A DNA stretch of 64,000 nt from Myxococcota bacterium (GCA_965223705.1 OZ245015.1:2400001-2464000); one strand, 5' to 3'. Shown: positions 1 through 9,790, counted from the first letter of the stretch. Notes: generated by a model from the sequence alone, not told the origin. Numbers and translations: made by a program.

Positions 1-2
1 CG

Positions 3-1091
3 GTCACCCACACGCAGGCCGCTCGGCAAGATTTCGTCGATCGGTGTCTTGCTGATGTCGACGAGTGTGACGTTGTCCCGGTTGAACGTTTCGTAGTAGC
101 CCGTGTCGGCGCAGACCCGCTTGCAGCCAAACACGGTGTCGGGGCACAAGAGCTCCGCGACTTCCGGGTCGTCGACCTTTTCGCGGATCTTGTCGCGGAC
201 GAACTCCGAGACGATGTCGTTCGCTTCCTGGTTGATCAGCATGTCCGAGAACGTTCCGTAGAAATAGAGCCCCCCGATTTGCCAGCGGCGCTCGCACTCG
301 GCGCGGATCTCCTCCTCGGTCATCTCGGCGGCCGTCTTCTCGTTCATGAGAACGTCCCAGGCGATCAACTGGTCGCGCTTCTCGACGCGATATTCCGGGT
401 ATCGGGCCTTGATGTCAGAGACGTATTTCTCTCCGAGGTACTCGTTCTGTGCTGGGACGGAATAGTTGGGCGTCCGCTGGAAGACGTAGAGGTGCTCGGC
501 CTGTTCCGCGATGATGGGAATCGCCTGAATCGCCGAGGATCCCGTTCCGATGATGGCCGCCCGCTTCCCCGTGAAATCGACGCCTTCATGGGGCCAACGT
601 CCTGTGTGGTACCAGTCGCCTTCGAAGGACTCGCGTCCCGGGAACTTCGGATCGTTCGCGGTCGAGAGACAGCCCGTCGCCATGATGCAGTACTCGGCGA
701 CGAAGGTTTCCCCCGCCTCGCTGGTCACCGTCCAAGCATTGTTCGCTTCATCGAAGTGGGCGGATGCGACGCGGGTGTTGAACTGGATATGCGGGCCGAG
801 ATTGAAGCGCTCTACCACGTGCTTCGCGTAGTCCATGATGTCGGCCTGGGGCGAGTAGCGCTCCTTCCAGTCCCACTCCTTCTGGAGATCGTCGGAAAAC
901 GCGTAGGAGTACTCCATGCTCGGGACGTCACAACGGGCGCCGGGGTAGCGGTTCCAATACCAGGTCCCGCCGACGCCGCCCCCGGCTTCGAGGATCCGAG
1001 CGCTGAAGCCCTCGCTCCGCAGCTTGTGCAGCATGTACAAGCCCGCGAAGCCAGCTCCCACGATCACCGCGTCCAACGATTTCTTCGACAA
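3..1091 (-). CDS. Type I Baeyer-Villiger monooxygenase (cyclohexanone monooxygenase family), 3' end runs off the window
   Basis: Absent from the ORF track because no stop lies in the window. Manual translation from TTG 1091 gives MSKKSLDAVIVGAGFAGLYMLHKLR (GxGxxG) and the BVMO fingerprint FEGDWYHTGRWP. AGGAGG SD upstream. Confidence 0.93.
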   Translation of the reverse strand, partial: MSKKSLDAVIVGAGFAGLYMLHKLRSEGFSARILEAGGGVGGTWYWNRYPGARCDVPSMEYSYAFSDDLQKEWDWKERYSPQADIMDYAKHVVERFNLGPHIQFNTRVASAHFDEANNAWTVTSEAGETFVAEYCIMATGCLSTANDPKFPGRESFEGDWYHTGRWPHEGVDFTGKRAAIIGTGSSAIQAIPIIAEQAEHLYVFQRTPNYSVPAQNEYLGEKYVSDIKARYPEYRVEKRDQLIAWDVLMNEKTAAEMTEEEIRAECERRWQIGGLYFYGTFSDMLINQEANDIVSEFVRDKIREKVDDPEVAELLCPDTVFGCKRVCADTGYYETFNRDNVTLVDISKTPIDEILPSGLRVGD

Positions 1092-1230
1092 ATCCCGTCC
1101 TCCTGGTAGGCGGTGGAAGTATTGCCCGGTTGAACGGATTCTTCCGCCCTCGAGTGAAGCGTTTCCCCGTGGGGTCTCCCGGTTCGGTCCAGTCTGGGCA
1201 TAATGCTGTCCGAAAAACGAGGAGATCCGT

Positions 1231-2172
1231 GTGACTGGAGTGGAGTTCGGGATTTCGCTGAGACGCTACGACGATATCGCGTCCGAGGCGCGGGAAGCCG
1301 AGGCGCAGGGCTACGCGTTCCTGACGTCTGGCGAGCACGTCTTTTTCTACACGCCGACCACGAACGGCCTCGTCGCCCTGGCTGTCGCCGCCGGCGCCAC
1401 AGAGCGCATCAAGCTCATGACGAGCATCACGCTCATCCCCCTCTACCCGGCCGCGTTGCTGGCAAAGCAAGTCGCGAGCCTCGATTTCGCGTCGGGCGGG
1501 CGCTTTGCGTTGGGCGTCGGCGTCGGAGGCGAATTCGCGAAGGAGTTCGAGGCGTGCGGGGTCCCGCGGGAGGAACGCGGCGCGCGAACCGACGAAGCGC
1601 TCGATCTGATGCGGCGGCTCTGGACCGAAGACGACGTGACGTTCAAGGGACGTTTCACCACGACGAACGGGGTGACGCTGCAGCCGAAACCGGCGCAGAA
1701 GCCCCATCCGCCGATCTGGGTCTCCGGCCGAAGCGATGCGGCGATGCGCCGGACCGCGCAGTACGGGACCGGCTGGCTCCCCTACATGTATACCCCGGAG
1801 ATGCTGACCGAGAGCCTCGCGAAGATCGGTGCCTACGACTACCCCCGAGAATCGCCGGTCGCTCCGGGTCTCTTCATCTTCTTCGCGGTGCACGAAGACC
1901 GCGATCGAGCCCGAAAGATGGCCATCGACCGGCTCTCGTTGCAGTACAACCAAGATTTCTCGAGGCTGGTCGACCGGTACGCGCTCGCGGGGAACCCGGA
2001 TGACTGCAAGGCGCGATTGCGCGAGTACGTCGACGCGGGGGCCGAGACGGTCATTCTCGCTTCGGTCTGCCCCAACGACTACATGCAGGAGAACCAGCGC
2101 GTTCTCGCCGAGCAGGTTCTCCCCGCGTTCCGGGACGCCGTCGACGTATCCGATCCACGGGAACTTCGCTAG
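1231..2172 (+). CDS. LLM class flavin/F420-dependent oxidoreductase
   Basis: GEH, LAKQVASLDFASGGRFALGVGVG and PKPAQKPHPPIWVSG motifs; GAGGAG SD. Confidence 0.9.
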   Translation: MTGVEFGISLRRYDDIASEAREAEAQGYAFLTSGEHVFFYTPTTNGLVALAVAAGATERIKLMTSITLIPLYPAALLAKQVASLDFASGGRFALGVGVGGEFAKEFEACGVPREERGARTDEALDLMRRLWTEDDVTFKGRFTTTNGVTLQPKPAQKPHPPIWVSGRSDAAMRRTAQYGTGWLPYMYTPEMLTESLAKIGAYDYPRESPVAPGLFIFFAVHEDRDRARKMAIDRLSLQYNQDFSRLVDRYALAGNPDDCKARLREYVDAGAETVILASVCPNDYMQENQRVLAEQVLPAFRDAVDVSDPRELR

Positions 2173-2370
2173 CCTAGAGGCGAGAGGTGATTGGCGATCG
2201 GCCTCGATGCCGCCTCGCGGCGCACTCGTTCCTATCGACTGTCCTTCCGAATGTTTCGGCGGCGATGCCGTCGAACCTCACGTGAGCATTCGTTTCCGGA
2301 TGTACTTGGATCGGATGTGCGCATTGGCCGGCGAGAAACCCGAAGGGACAGCCGGCATGGATCATGAGCT

Positions 2371-2649
2371 TTGAGCAAGAAACTGTATGTAGGCAATATC
2401 CCCTTTACGACGACCGAAGATGAGCTGCGCGACGTCTTCGCACAGCACGGTACCGTCGACAGCGTCGCCGTCATCACCGATCGCGAGACGGGCCGTCCTC
2501 GCGGCTTCGCCTTCGTCGAGATGGCGGACGATGACGCTGCGGGAAGCGCGATGCGATCGCTCGACGGCAGCGACCTCGGCGGTCGGAGTCTGCGTGTAAA
2601 CGAGGCCCAAGAACGTCGAGGCGGTGGCGGTGGTCGCGGCCGCTACTAG
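2371..2649 (+). CDS. RRM-domain RNA-binding protein with Gly/Arg tail
   Basis: RNP2 LYVGNI, RNP1 RGFAFVEM, LRVNEAQER, C-terminal RRGGGGGRGRY. Confidence 0.95.
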   Translation: MSKKLYVGNIPFTTTEDELRDVFAQHGTVDSVAVITDRETGRPRGFAFVEMADDDAAGSAMRSLDGSDLGGRSLRVNEAQERRGGGGGRGRY

Positions 2650-2658
2650 TTGAGTTTC

Positions 2659-2703
2659 GAGGTGGCGTCGGAGCCCCCCGGCGCCGCCTCCGAGTCCCTT
2701 TTT
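2659..2703 (+). terminator. GC-rich hairpin after the RRM gene (possible terminator or stability element)
   Basis: GAGGTGGCGTCGG (2659-2671) pairs with CCGGCGCCGCCTC (2678-2690) using two G-U pairs. The T-run begins 8 nt downstream, so it is not a canonical terminator. Confidence 0.45.
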
Positions 2704-2733
2704 CGTCCCCTTGAATCCCGTCCCCCTCAATCC
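2704..2733 (+). repeat. 15-bp tandem direct repeat (13/15 identical)
   Basis: CGTCCCCTTGAATCC followed by CGTCCCCCTCAATCC, just before the SD of the 65-aa gene. Confidence 0.6.
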
Positions 2734-2750
2734 CTATTTGGAGGTCGCCG

Positions 2751-2948
2751 GTGGCAGGTAGAAGCAAAGCGACGTTCGCGAAGCGTCAGCGTGAGAAGAA
2801 GAAGGCCGAGCGCGCGAGCGAAAAGCGCGAGAAGCGCGCCGAGCGGGACGGCCCGCGCGAGAGCTACAGCGTCGCGGACGCCGACGACCTCGCCGCCTTC
2901 GGGATCGAGGTCGAGGGCGAAGCCGAGGGCGACCCAGCCGCGGACTAG
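2751..2948 (+). CDS. Small protein with basic N-terminus and acidic C-terminus
   Basis: GGAGG SD then GTG; MAGRSKATFAKRQREKKKAERASEKREKRAER followed by a D/E-rich tail. Confidence 0.75.
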   Translation: MAGRSKATFAKRQREKKKAERASEKREKRAERDGPRESYSVADADDLAAFGIEVEGEAEGDPAAD

Positions 2949-2973
2949 TCAACGCCGTTCACGGCCTGGCGCG

Positions 2974-3627
2974 CTAGGAGGCAACCTCCGGCAGGAATTT
3001 CGCGAGCGCGCGCTGCATCGGATCGTCGACTTCGCGAACACTCGGGCGGTCGGCGAGCTGTTTCAGATAATCCGCCAATCGGGGAAGCTCCTCGGTGATG
3101 TCCCACTGATACACCCGTGTCGTGTGAAGATTCACGAACTGCAGATGGAAATAGGCCGCAATGTCGGCAAAGGTGAAGCTTTCTCCCGCGATGTAGGGCG
3201 AAAAGCGTGCCAGCTGTTCGAGACTCTTCAATCCGAGCTCGAGCGCCGGCCGCACTTCTTTTTCGGCGACGGGGTCCACCGGTCGCCCGAAGTAGACCGC
3301 GGGAAGGAGCCGGCGCGCCGGGGCATCGAGATAGAGTTCGATCGAACGAATCAGCTCCTTCGTCTTCGCTCGTTCCCAGGGATCGCTCGGGTAGAGAGGC
3401 GGCTCGGGCCTGAGATCCTCCAAGTAGTCGAAGATCGCGTGGACCTCGGATAACCAGAGACCGTCGCGCTCGATAAAGGGGACCTTCCCCATCGGGCTCC
3501 CGCGAAGAACGGCGGGATCGCGACTCGGCATCACGGAAACTTCCTCGAACGGCACGCCCTTTTCGACGAGCGCGAGCTTCGCGCAGTTGTGGAAATTGCT
3601 GATGAGGGTTCCGTGGAGCTTGATCAT
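2974..3627 (-). CDS. Glutathione S-transferase family protein
   Basis: SPMGKVPFIE, LSE and FTFADIAAY GST motifs. Confidence 0.92.
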   Translation of the reverse strand: MIKLHGTLISNFHNCAKLALVEKGVPFEEVSVMPSRDPAVLRGSPMGKVPFIERDGLWLSEVHAIFDYLEDLRPEPPLYPSDPWERAKTKELIRSIELYLDAPARRLLPAVYFGRPVDPVAEKEVRPALELGLKSLEQLARFSPYIAGESFTFADIAAYFHLQFVNLHTTRVYQWDITEELPRLADYLKQLADRPSVREVDDPMQRALAKFLPEVAS

Positions 3628-3636
3628 CGCTCCACG

Positions 3637-4437
3637 TTATCCGGTCCGGACGCCCGGCGCCGGGGGATCGGAGGCCGCTCCGGCGAAGCACTGAGCGATC
3701 GCCATCCACCTCGCAGCAATCGGCCCGGTCACTTCGAGGCCGGTGTCCACGACGTTTCGGCCCTGGGTGACCACGTGACAAAAGTCGACCGCCGAGCCTT
3801 CGACGCGCTCATCACCGCGTTCCGGATTGTAGGACCACACCGCGCCCGACGGGGCGGTGAGCACGACGTGAGGGATCTCGTCGGGGACCGGCAAGCCGCG
3901 ATTGACGAAAGTCCAACCGAACGTCTTGACGCCGATCACGACGATGTTTTCGATGCGATCGTGCGCGTCGCGCGGGCGCTCGAGGAGATCGTAGATGTCT
4001 TGCCCGTGTGCCCAGGTTTCCATCTGGCGCGCGGTGGTGAACATCCGCGCACCCATGGAAGGCCCGTACCACGGAATGCGCGCCTTCGGCTCGACGGTGT
4101 CGATCTGCGCGCAGAGCTCCTGACCGACTTCGCGCCAGCGCGCCTCGAGCGTTCTAGGCGCGAAATCGGCGAGCTGTTGCCGCGTGTAGTCGATCAGCGA
4201 CGCGCCTTGGGAGGCGGCTTTCCGCATGGCTTCGGTTGCCGCCGCGAAGGCGTTGGGATCACTGAGTGCGAGCGACGCTTGCCGGTCCGTCCAGTGAAGG
4301 TGCGCGACGACGTCCCACACCGTCCAGCGTTTGAACGGTGTCTCCCGCCGCCAATCTTCGACGGAGAGCGTCTGTAGCAAGTCAGCGAGCTCGTCGATTT
4401 CATCGCGAAAGGCTTGTATTTCGGGACGCACGGCCAA
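3637..4437 (-). CDS. Maleylpyruvate isomerase (MDMPI)/DinB-like metal-binding protein, TIGR03084-like
   Basis: WTVWDVVAHL, RQMETWAHGQD and C-terminal AQCFAG. Confidence 0.85.
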   Translation of the reverse strand: MAVRPEIQAFRDEIDELADLLQTLSVEDWRRETPFKRWTVWDVVAHLHWTDRQASLALSDPNAFAAATEAMRKAASQGASLIDYTRQQLADFAPRTLEARWREVGQELCAQIDTVEPKARIPWYGPSMGARMFTTARQMETWAHGQDIYDLLERPRDAHDRIENIVVIGVKTFGWTFVNRGLPVPDEIPHVVLTAPSGAVWSYNPERGDERVEGSAVDFCHVVTQGRNVVDTGLEVTGPIAARWMAIAQCFAGAASDPPAPGVRTG

Positions 4438-4440
4438 AAC

Positions 4441-5271
4441 CTACCTGGGAACCTGTTCCTGGATCTCACGGAGCTTGTCGAGATGCGCCTTGGGCTCGAG
4501 TCCGCCGCCGAGTGTCCGCAAACAGAGGTGTGTCAGACCCATGTCGCGCCAGCCGCGCACGCGATCCCGCCACTCCGCTTCGCGCGGGCCCACGACGGCG
4601 ACGCCCGCCTCGGTGCCGATGGCGTCGGCCGGTCGACCGACCTGGGCCGCACGCTCCTCGATGTCGGCCCGGATCGCGGGAAATTCCTCGGGTGACGCGA
4701 GCACGAACCAACCGTCCGCGCGGCAGGCGATCCGTTCTCGTACTGGCTGGCTCGGCGCCGCTTTCGCCCCAATCCAGACCGGTATCGGGCGCTGGATGGG
4801 CAGCGGGTCGAGGCCGGCGTCGTCGATCTGATCGAAGCGCCCCTTGAAGGAGACTGTCTCCTCCGTCCAGAGGCGATGTAGCAACGCGAGCTGCTCGTCA
4901 CACCGCGCCCCCCGCGTCCGGAAATCGACGCCTAGCGCGCCGTACTCATCTTGACTGGCGCCGACACCCACGCCCATGCGCACGCGACCCCCGGAGAGCC
5001 GGTCGAGCTCCGCCATCTGCTTGGCGATCAGAGCGGTCGGGCGCAGCGGGAGAATGATCACCGAAGGCACGAGCTCGATCCGCTGGGTCACCGCGGCGAT
5101 GTAAGAGAGCAGGAGCAACGGCTCGTGGAGATGGCCGCTCTCGGGGCGGAGAATCTGGTCGGGTACACGCAGATGCGTGTACCCGAGCTCTTCCGCGAGC
5201 ACGGCAAACTCCCGGATTGCGCCGAGGTCGTCCCGCATCTCGCGCACCGGGAGGGAGACGCCGATTTTCAT
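4441..5271 (-). CDS. LLM class (probably F420-dependent) oxidoreductase
   Basis: AEELGY, IAKQMAELDRLSGGRVRMGVGVG, PLPIQRPIPVWIG. Confidence 0.9.
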   Translation of the reverse strand: MKIGVSLPVREMRDDLGAIREFAVLAEELGYTHLRVPDQILRPESGHLHEPLLLLSYIAAVTQRIELVPSVIILPLRPTALIAKQMAELDRLSGGRVRMGVGVGASQDEYGALGVDFRTRGARCDEQLALLHRLWTEETVSFKGRFDQIDDAGLDPLPIQRPIPVWIGAKAAPSQPVRERIACRADGWFVLASPEEFPAIRADIEERAAQVGRPADAIGTEAGVAVVGPREAEWRDRVRGWRDMGLTHLCLRTLGGGLEPKAHLDKLREIQEQVPR

Positions 5272-5279
5272 CGGACGCG

Positions 5280-6248
5280 CTACCGAATGGCGACGGGGTT
5301 GATCACCATCTGCACGGCGCCCTTGAACCGCGCCTGGCCGAGGACGAACAGGAACTCCCAGGCTTCATCGGCGACGAGCTCCGTGGTGACCATGTTCTCG
5401 AGGATGTAGATCCCGCGCTTGGCGATGAGCTCCTGGTGCACCGGCACGAACTCGCCTTCCTTTTCCGCGGGGTAGGCTTCGGTTCCGATCGTGTCGCCGC
5501 CCACAGCGACCGGATTGTAGGTCGCCAGGTAACGCGCTCCTTCGACCCCGATCCCGGGCCAAGTTTTCACGCTCTCCGCGGGATCGAGCTCTTGCATCTT
5601 CATGTAGCCCGTATGGATCAAGATCACGTCCCCGGATTGGAATGTGATGCCTTGGCGAGCGGCCGCGCCGTCGAGCTCGGCTTTGTTGACGGCCGTTCCG
5701 CCCTTCAGCATCTCGACGCCTCCGCGGGTAACCACCGCGCTCGATCCCTGCGATTTCAGGTAACCGACCATGTCGAGCACGACGCCTCGGGCGACCATCG
5801 GGGGAATGCCCTCGATCCCGAATTTCGTCAGGCCCTGTGCGTGGTAGAAATCCTTCGACGTGAGGCCGTTGTAGAAGTGGTCCCCGATCGCGGCGTGACC
5901 CAGCCCATCGATCTGCGACCCGACGCCCATATGCGTCAGCATCCAGTCATCGAAATAGCGAAAATTGTTGGTGCCGAGTGGCGCGCCGAGCCCGTCCGCC
6001 CCGTCGCTGAAGACGAAGAGTTCGTGGGTACGAGAGCCGGCCGCGGGTGTCTCCCGGCTCGTGACTTGACCGAGGGCGTACCGCTTGCCTTTCGTCACGA
6101 GCTTGACGGCGGAGAGAATGCTCTCCGAGGTGATCTCGTTGACCGATCCCAACGTGTCATCGGCGCCCCACTTCGACGGGAACCAATCTTCGGCAAGAGA
6201 TCCGGACGGGAACAGAACGAGGGCAGCGAGTAAGACAAAGCGGTCCAT
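5280..6248 (-). CDS. Cyclase (kynurenine formamidase-like) family protein with signal peptide
   Basis: WGADDTLGSVN, GSQIDGLGH, GDVILIHTG and GIYILEN. Start set at ATG 6248 after AAGGAAG; hydrophobic leader ends in SLA. Confidence 0.88.
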   Translation of the reverse strand: MDRFVLLAALVLFPSGSLAEDWFPSKWGADDTLGSVNEITSESILSAVKLVTKGKRYALGQVTSRETPAAGSRTHELFVFSDGADGLGAPLGTNNFRYFDDWMLTHMGVGSQIDGLGHAAIGDHFYNGLTSKDFYHAQGLTKFGIEGIPPMVARGVVLDMVGYLKSQGSSAVVTRGGVEMLKGGTAVNKAELDGAAARQGITFQSGDVILIHTGYMKMQELDPAESVKTWPGIGVEGARYLATYNPVAVGGDTIGTEAYPAEKEGEFVPVHQELIAKRGIYILENMVTTELVADEAWEFLFVLGQARFKGAVQMVINPVAIR

Positions 6249-6437
6249 GGTGGCTTCCTTCCGAGGGTGCGTTGCGTGCCGCATTCTACGGCGGCTCGGG
6301 TCTTCCCGTCTATCCGCTGCTGAGACGGGCTGGCTCGGCGATCGGCAACTTGCTGGCAACTTCTCTCGGTACACGTTCCGGTGACAACTTGGCTAAAGTG
6401 TCGGGGTCAATTCCCCGCTCCCCAAGGAGATTCGAGC

Positions 6438-7526
6438 GTGAGACTTACTCCCCGCCGCGCGTCGCTCGTCGCCGCCCTGTTCCTCTCCGTGCTGTTCCTG
6501 TCCCCGGTCGCTCTGGCCGCCGATCATCGCGATTCTCCGACGATCGCGGGCGATCCCGAAGCCGATATCGCGGACTTCTTCGCTTTCAAGGACCCGAACA
6601 ACCCCGACGACCTCGTCATGATCATGACGGTGAGCCCGTTCTCACAGTCATCCGTCGCGACGTCCTACGCGTTCGACCGTGCTGTCCTCTACCGGTTCAA
6701 CATCGACAACGACGGAGACGCGATCGCCGACGCGGTCGTGGACGTCACGGTCCGTCCGGCACCGGGCCCCGGACAAATCGTGCGCGGCGTCTTTCCGGGA
6801 AGCGTCGTCGTGGAAGGCCCGGTCACGGCGCCGACGATCGGCATCGTCGCGAACCCGCCGGTCGTGACGTCTGACGCCGGGATGCGCATTTTCGCGGGGC
6901 CTCGAGACGATCCGTTCTACTTTGATGCCGCGGGTTTTGAACGCGTCGTAGCCGGGACCGGGAACTTCCTCGCCGGCCGCGACGGGCACGCGGGAATGAA
7001 CGTTCTGGCGATCGCGGTCGCTTTGCCGCTCGACGCCGTCACCAACGGAGCCACGGAACTGCAGCTGTGGGCAGAAACGCATCGTACGTTCGCCACGGTG
7101 CGCCAGCTCGGCTTCCGGGGGAGCATCGAACAACAATTCGGCGCCTTCCAGCGGGTCGATCGCGCCGGCAACCCGGCTCTCGTCCAGTCGTTGCTCTCCG
7201 ATGTCGAACGCGATCTCTACAACATCGGTGATCCCGCCGATGACGCCGCCAATTTCGCTGCACCGATCGAGAGCGCACTGGTAGCGATCGGCACCGAGCA
7301 GGCCGATATCGACTCCCTGCTCGGCATCCTCGTCCCGGATACGCTGAAGCTCGATCTCACGCAAGCGGCGCTGTACCCCAATGGGCGAACTCCCGAAGAC
7401 GATGTCGTCGATACGTTGTTGTCGTTGCTGTTCGACGCGCCGGGGCCGACCTCGGATCTGGTCAATTTCAACGATGCCCCTCCCGAAGGAAGCTTCCCCT
7501 TCCTCGCCGTCCCGCATCAGCCGTAG
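6438..7526 (+). CDS. Exported DUF4331 family protein
   Basis: Signal peptide followed by ADHRDSP..DPEADIADFFAF, FAGPRDDPFYFD, YPNGR..DDVVD and FPFLA. AAGGAG SD before GTG 6438. Confidence 0.85.
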   Translation: MRLTPRRASLVAALFLSVLFLSPVALAADHRDSPTIAGDPEADIADFFAFKDPNNPDDLVMIMTVSPFSQSSVATSYAFDRAVLYRFNIDNDGDAIADAVVDVTVRPAPGPGQIVRGVFPGSVVVEGPVTAPTIGIVANPPVVTSDAGMRIFAGPRDDPFYFDAAGFERVVAGTGNFLAGRDGHAGMNVLAIAVALPLDAVTNGATELQLWAETHRTFATVRQLGFRGSIEQQFGAFQRVDRAGNPALVQSLLSDVERDLYNIGDPADDAANFAAPIESALVAIGTEQADIDSLLGILVPDTLKLDLTQAALYPNGRTPEDDVVDTLLSLLFDAPGPTSDLVNFNDAPPEGSFPFLAVPHQP

Positions 7527-7549
7527 TACTCGCTGACTGGAGAGCCCCG

Positions 7550-8425
7550 ATGCGCACGCTGCTGGTGAGCGGCGGAAACAGCGGCCTAGGCAAGGACCTC
7601 GCATTGCGCTTCGCGCGCGGTGGCTACCGCGTCTTCGCGGGCGCGCGAGATCTGGCAGGCGCGGAAGAGCTCGTTTCCGAATCGCGACGCGAAAACCTCG
7701 CCGTGGAAGTCGTGCAGCTCGACGTGGACGATCCGGATTCCGTCGAGCGGACGGCCAAAACGGTTCTCGGCGCGACCGACCGGCTCGACGTCCTCGTGAA
7801 CAACGCCGGGATCGGTGTCTTCGGGGTCGCGGAAGAGGTGCGCTTCGAGGAAATCGCCCGAGTGATGGAGACGAACTTCTTCGGAGCCGTGCGTCTGACC
7901 CAGGCCTTTTTGCCGCATTTCCGGGAGGCCGAGAACGGCGTCATCGCGTTCATGTCGTCGTGGATGGGCCGCGTGCCGCTGCCCGGAATGCTCACCTACG
8001 CCTGTTCCAAGGCCGCCCTCGAGACCTTTGCCGAAACACTGGCGCAAGAAGTCCTCCGATTCGGCGTGCGCGTCTATATCCTCGAGCCGGGCTACGCGCG
8101 GACGCCGATGCACCGCAAGGCCCCCCGCTACGAGCTTCCGGAAAACTCCCCCTACGCCGATCTCTACCGGAACTGGCGAGCGCACTGGCGAACCGGGCGA
8201 GACCAGCCCACCGAGCCGGCTGAGGTTTCCGAAGCGTTGTTCGATGCCGTCGAAACCGGGTCGCCGGCCTTGCGTCTGGTCGTGGGGGAGGACTCCGCAC
8301 AGTGGATCGAGGCGCGGAAGCGTCATTCCGACGAAGTATGGCGTGAGGCGGGGCGTCCCCGTGAGCTCGACGCGTTCTTGGCCTGGGCGGAGGAGACTTA
8401 CGGTCCGGGCTTGTTTCGAGGCTAG
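7550..8425 (+). CDS. Short-chain dehydrogenase/reductase
   Basis: SGGNSGLG, NNAG and catalytic YACSK. Confidence 0.93.
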   Translation: MRTLLVSGGNSGLGKDLALRFARGGYRVFAGARDLAGAEELVSESRRENLAVEVVQLDVDDPDSVERTAKTVLGATDRLDVLVNNAGIGVFGVAEEVRFEEIARVMETNFFGAVRLTQAFLPHFREAENGVIAFMSSWMGRVPLPGMLTYACSKAALETFAETLAQEVLRFGVRVYILEPGYARTPMHRKAPRYELPENSPYADLYRNWRAHWRTGRDQPTEPAEVSEALFDAVETGSPALRLVVGEDSAQWIEARKRHSDEVWREAGRPRELDAFLAWAEETYGPGLFRG

Positions 8426-8434
8426 ACTCTGGGC

Positions 8435-9790
8435 GTGCAACTCGGTTATTTCACAGAGCGCCCCTACCGGCATCTCGACGAAGACGTGATCCTGCGCAAC
8501 CGCGCATTCTTCGGCATCTCGAACGCGCAGTTCGATCGCGAAGCCGCCGCCGACGACTACAACTACTACCTCGACGAATACTGCTTTGCGGAGGAGCTGG
8601 GCTTCGACGTGCTCGCGCTGAACGAGCATCACGGCAATCCCATTTGCATGGGCAACGTCATGAACGTCGAGGCGTCGATACTCGCGCGGATCACGTCCCG
8701 CGCTCGGATTGCGCTGATCGGGAACCCGTTGCCCGTGATCAAGCACCCGCTGCGAATGGCGGAAGAGCTGGCCACGATCGACCTGATCTCCCGCGGGCGG
8801 TTGATCGCCGGCTGGGTTCGAGGCGCGGGAGCCGAGCAGTTCTTCAACAACGCGAACCCCGCCTACAACCGCGAGATGTTCAACGAAGCGCACGATTTCA
8901 TCGTGCGCGCTTGGACGGAGCCCGGCCCGTGGCGTTACGAGGGCACGCATTTTCACTACCGCCACGTCAATCCGTGGGCGCTTCCCTATCAGAAGCCCCA
9001 CCCGCCCATGTGGATTCCCGGCGTCCTCAGTCCGGAGACGATTCGCTGGGCGGCCGAGCACCGCTACCCCTACATCGGGCTGGGGACGCACCTCCTCGCC
9101 ACGTGCGACATGTGGGACCTCTACGCGGACGTCGCTGCCGAGAACGGCTGGCAGGCCGGCTCAGAGAACTTCGGGTATCTGATGCCGGTGTTCGTGGCGG
9201 ACACCGAAGAGAAAGCACAGGACGTGGGACGCGGCTTCGTTTACGGAGGCGGCCAGAACGCGTTTTCGGCTCCGCAATTCATGATGCCGCCGGGCTACAA
9301 CTCGAAGAACGCCATTCGGCAGCTCGCGAAATCGTCCGCCGCGGGCGGCAGCTGGGTCGGCCTCAGTCGCGACAAACTCGTGGCCCAGGCCGAAGGAGAA
9401 AAGACCCAGAGCACGGATCTCGACGTCGTTCGCGGCAAGCTGCAAGCGGCGTTCGAGCGGGCCCAGCGCCAGTATCAGATCGTGGTCGGGACTCCCGAGT
9501 CCGTCACCGAGCGGCTGCGGCATATCCTCTCCGTGATTCGACCCGGCGCGTTCATCGTCCTGCACATCCAAGGGGCGGCCTCGAACGCGGATCGGATGCG
9601 AAGCGTTCAGCTGCTGGGAGAAGAAGTGATGCCCGCGTTGCGGAGGCACGCGGAGAAGATCGGCCTGATCGACCAATTCGAGCGCGAGCCGGGGTCGGTT
9701 CCCCTGCGGCCCAGTGCCACCCGAGCGCCGGTCATCGACCGGGCGCCCCTTGCCGACATGGGCTTGGCCTCTGGTACCCTAGCGTCATGA
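8435..9790 (+). CDS. LLM class flavin-dependent monooxygenase (long type)
   Basis: AEELGFD..LNEHH, AEELATIDLISRGRL, PYQKPHPPMWIPG. Confidence 0.9.
   Translation: MQLGYFTERPYRHLDEDVILRNRAFFGISNAQFDREAAADDYNYYLDEYCFAEELGFDVLALNEHHGNPICMGNVMNVEASILARITSRARIALIGNPLPVIKHPLRMAEELATIDLISRGRLIAGWVRGAGAEQFFNNANPAYNREMFNEAHDFIVRAWTEPGPWRYEGTHFHYRHVNPWALPYQKPHPPMWIPGVLSPETIRWAAEHRYPYIGLGTHLLATCDMWDLYADVAAENGWQAGSENFGYLMPVFVADTEEKAQDVGRGFVYGGGQNAFSAPQFMMPPGYNSKNAIRQLAKSSAAGGSWVGLSRDKLVAQAEGEKTQSTDLDVVRGKLQAAFERAQRQYQIVVGTPESVTERLRHILSVIRPGAFIVLHIQGAASNADRMRSVQLLGEEVMPALRRHAEKIGLIDQFEREPGSVPLRPSATRAPVIDRAPLADMGLASGTLAS

Noticed and set aside
279..1109. 276-aa plus-strand ORF
   Set aside because: Antisense shadow of the minus-strand BVMO, which carries clear family motifs.
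6342..6357. Sigma-54 promoter (GG-N10-GC)
   Set aside because: Spacing fits, but the flanks match TGGCAC/TTGC poorly.
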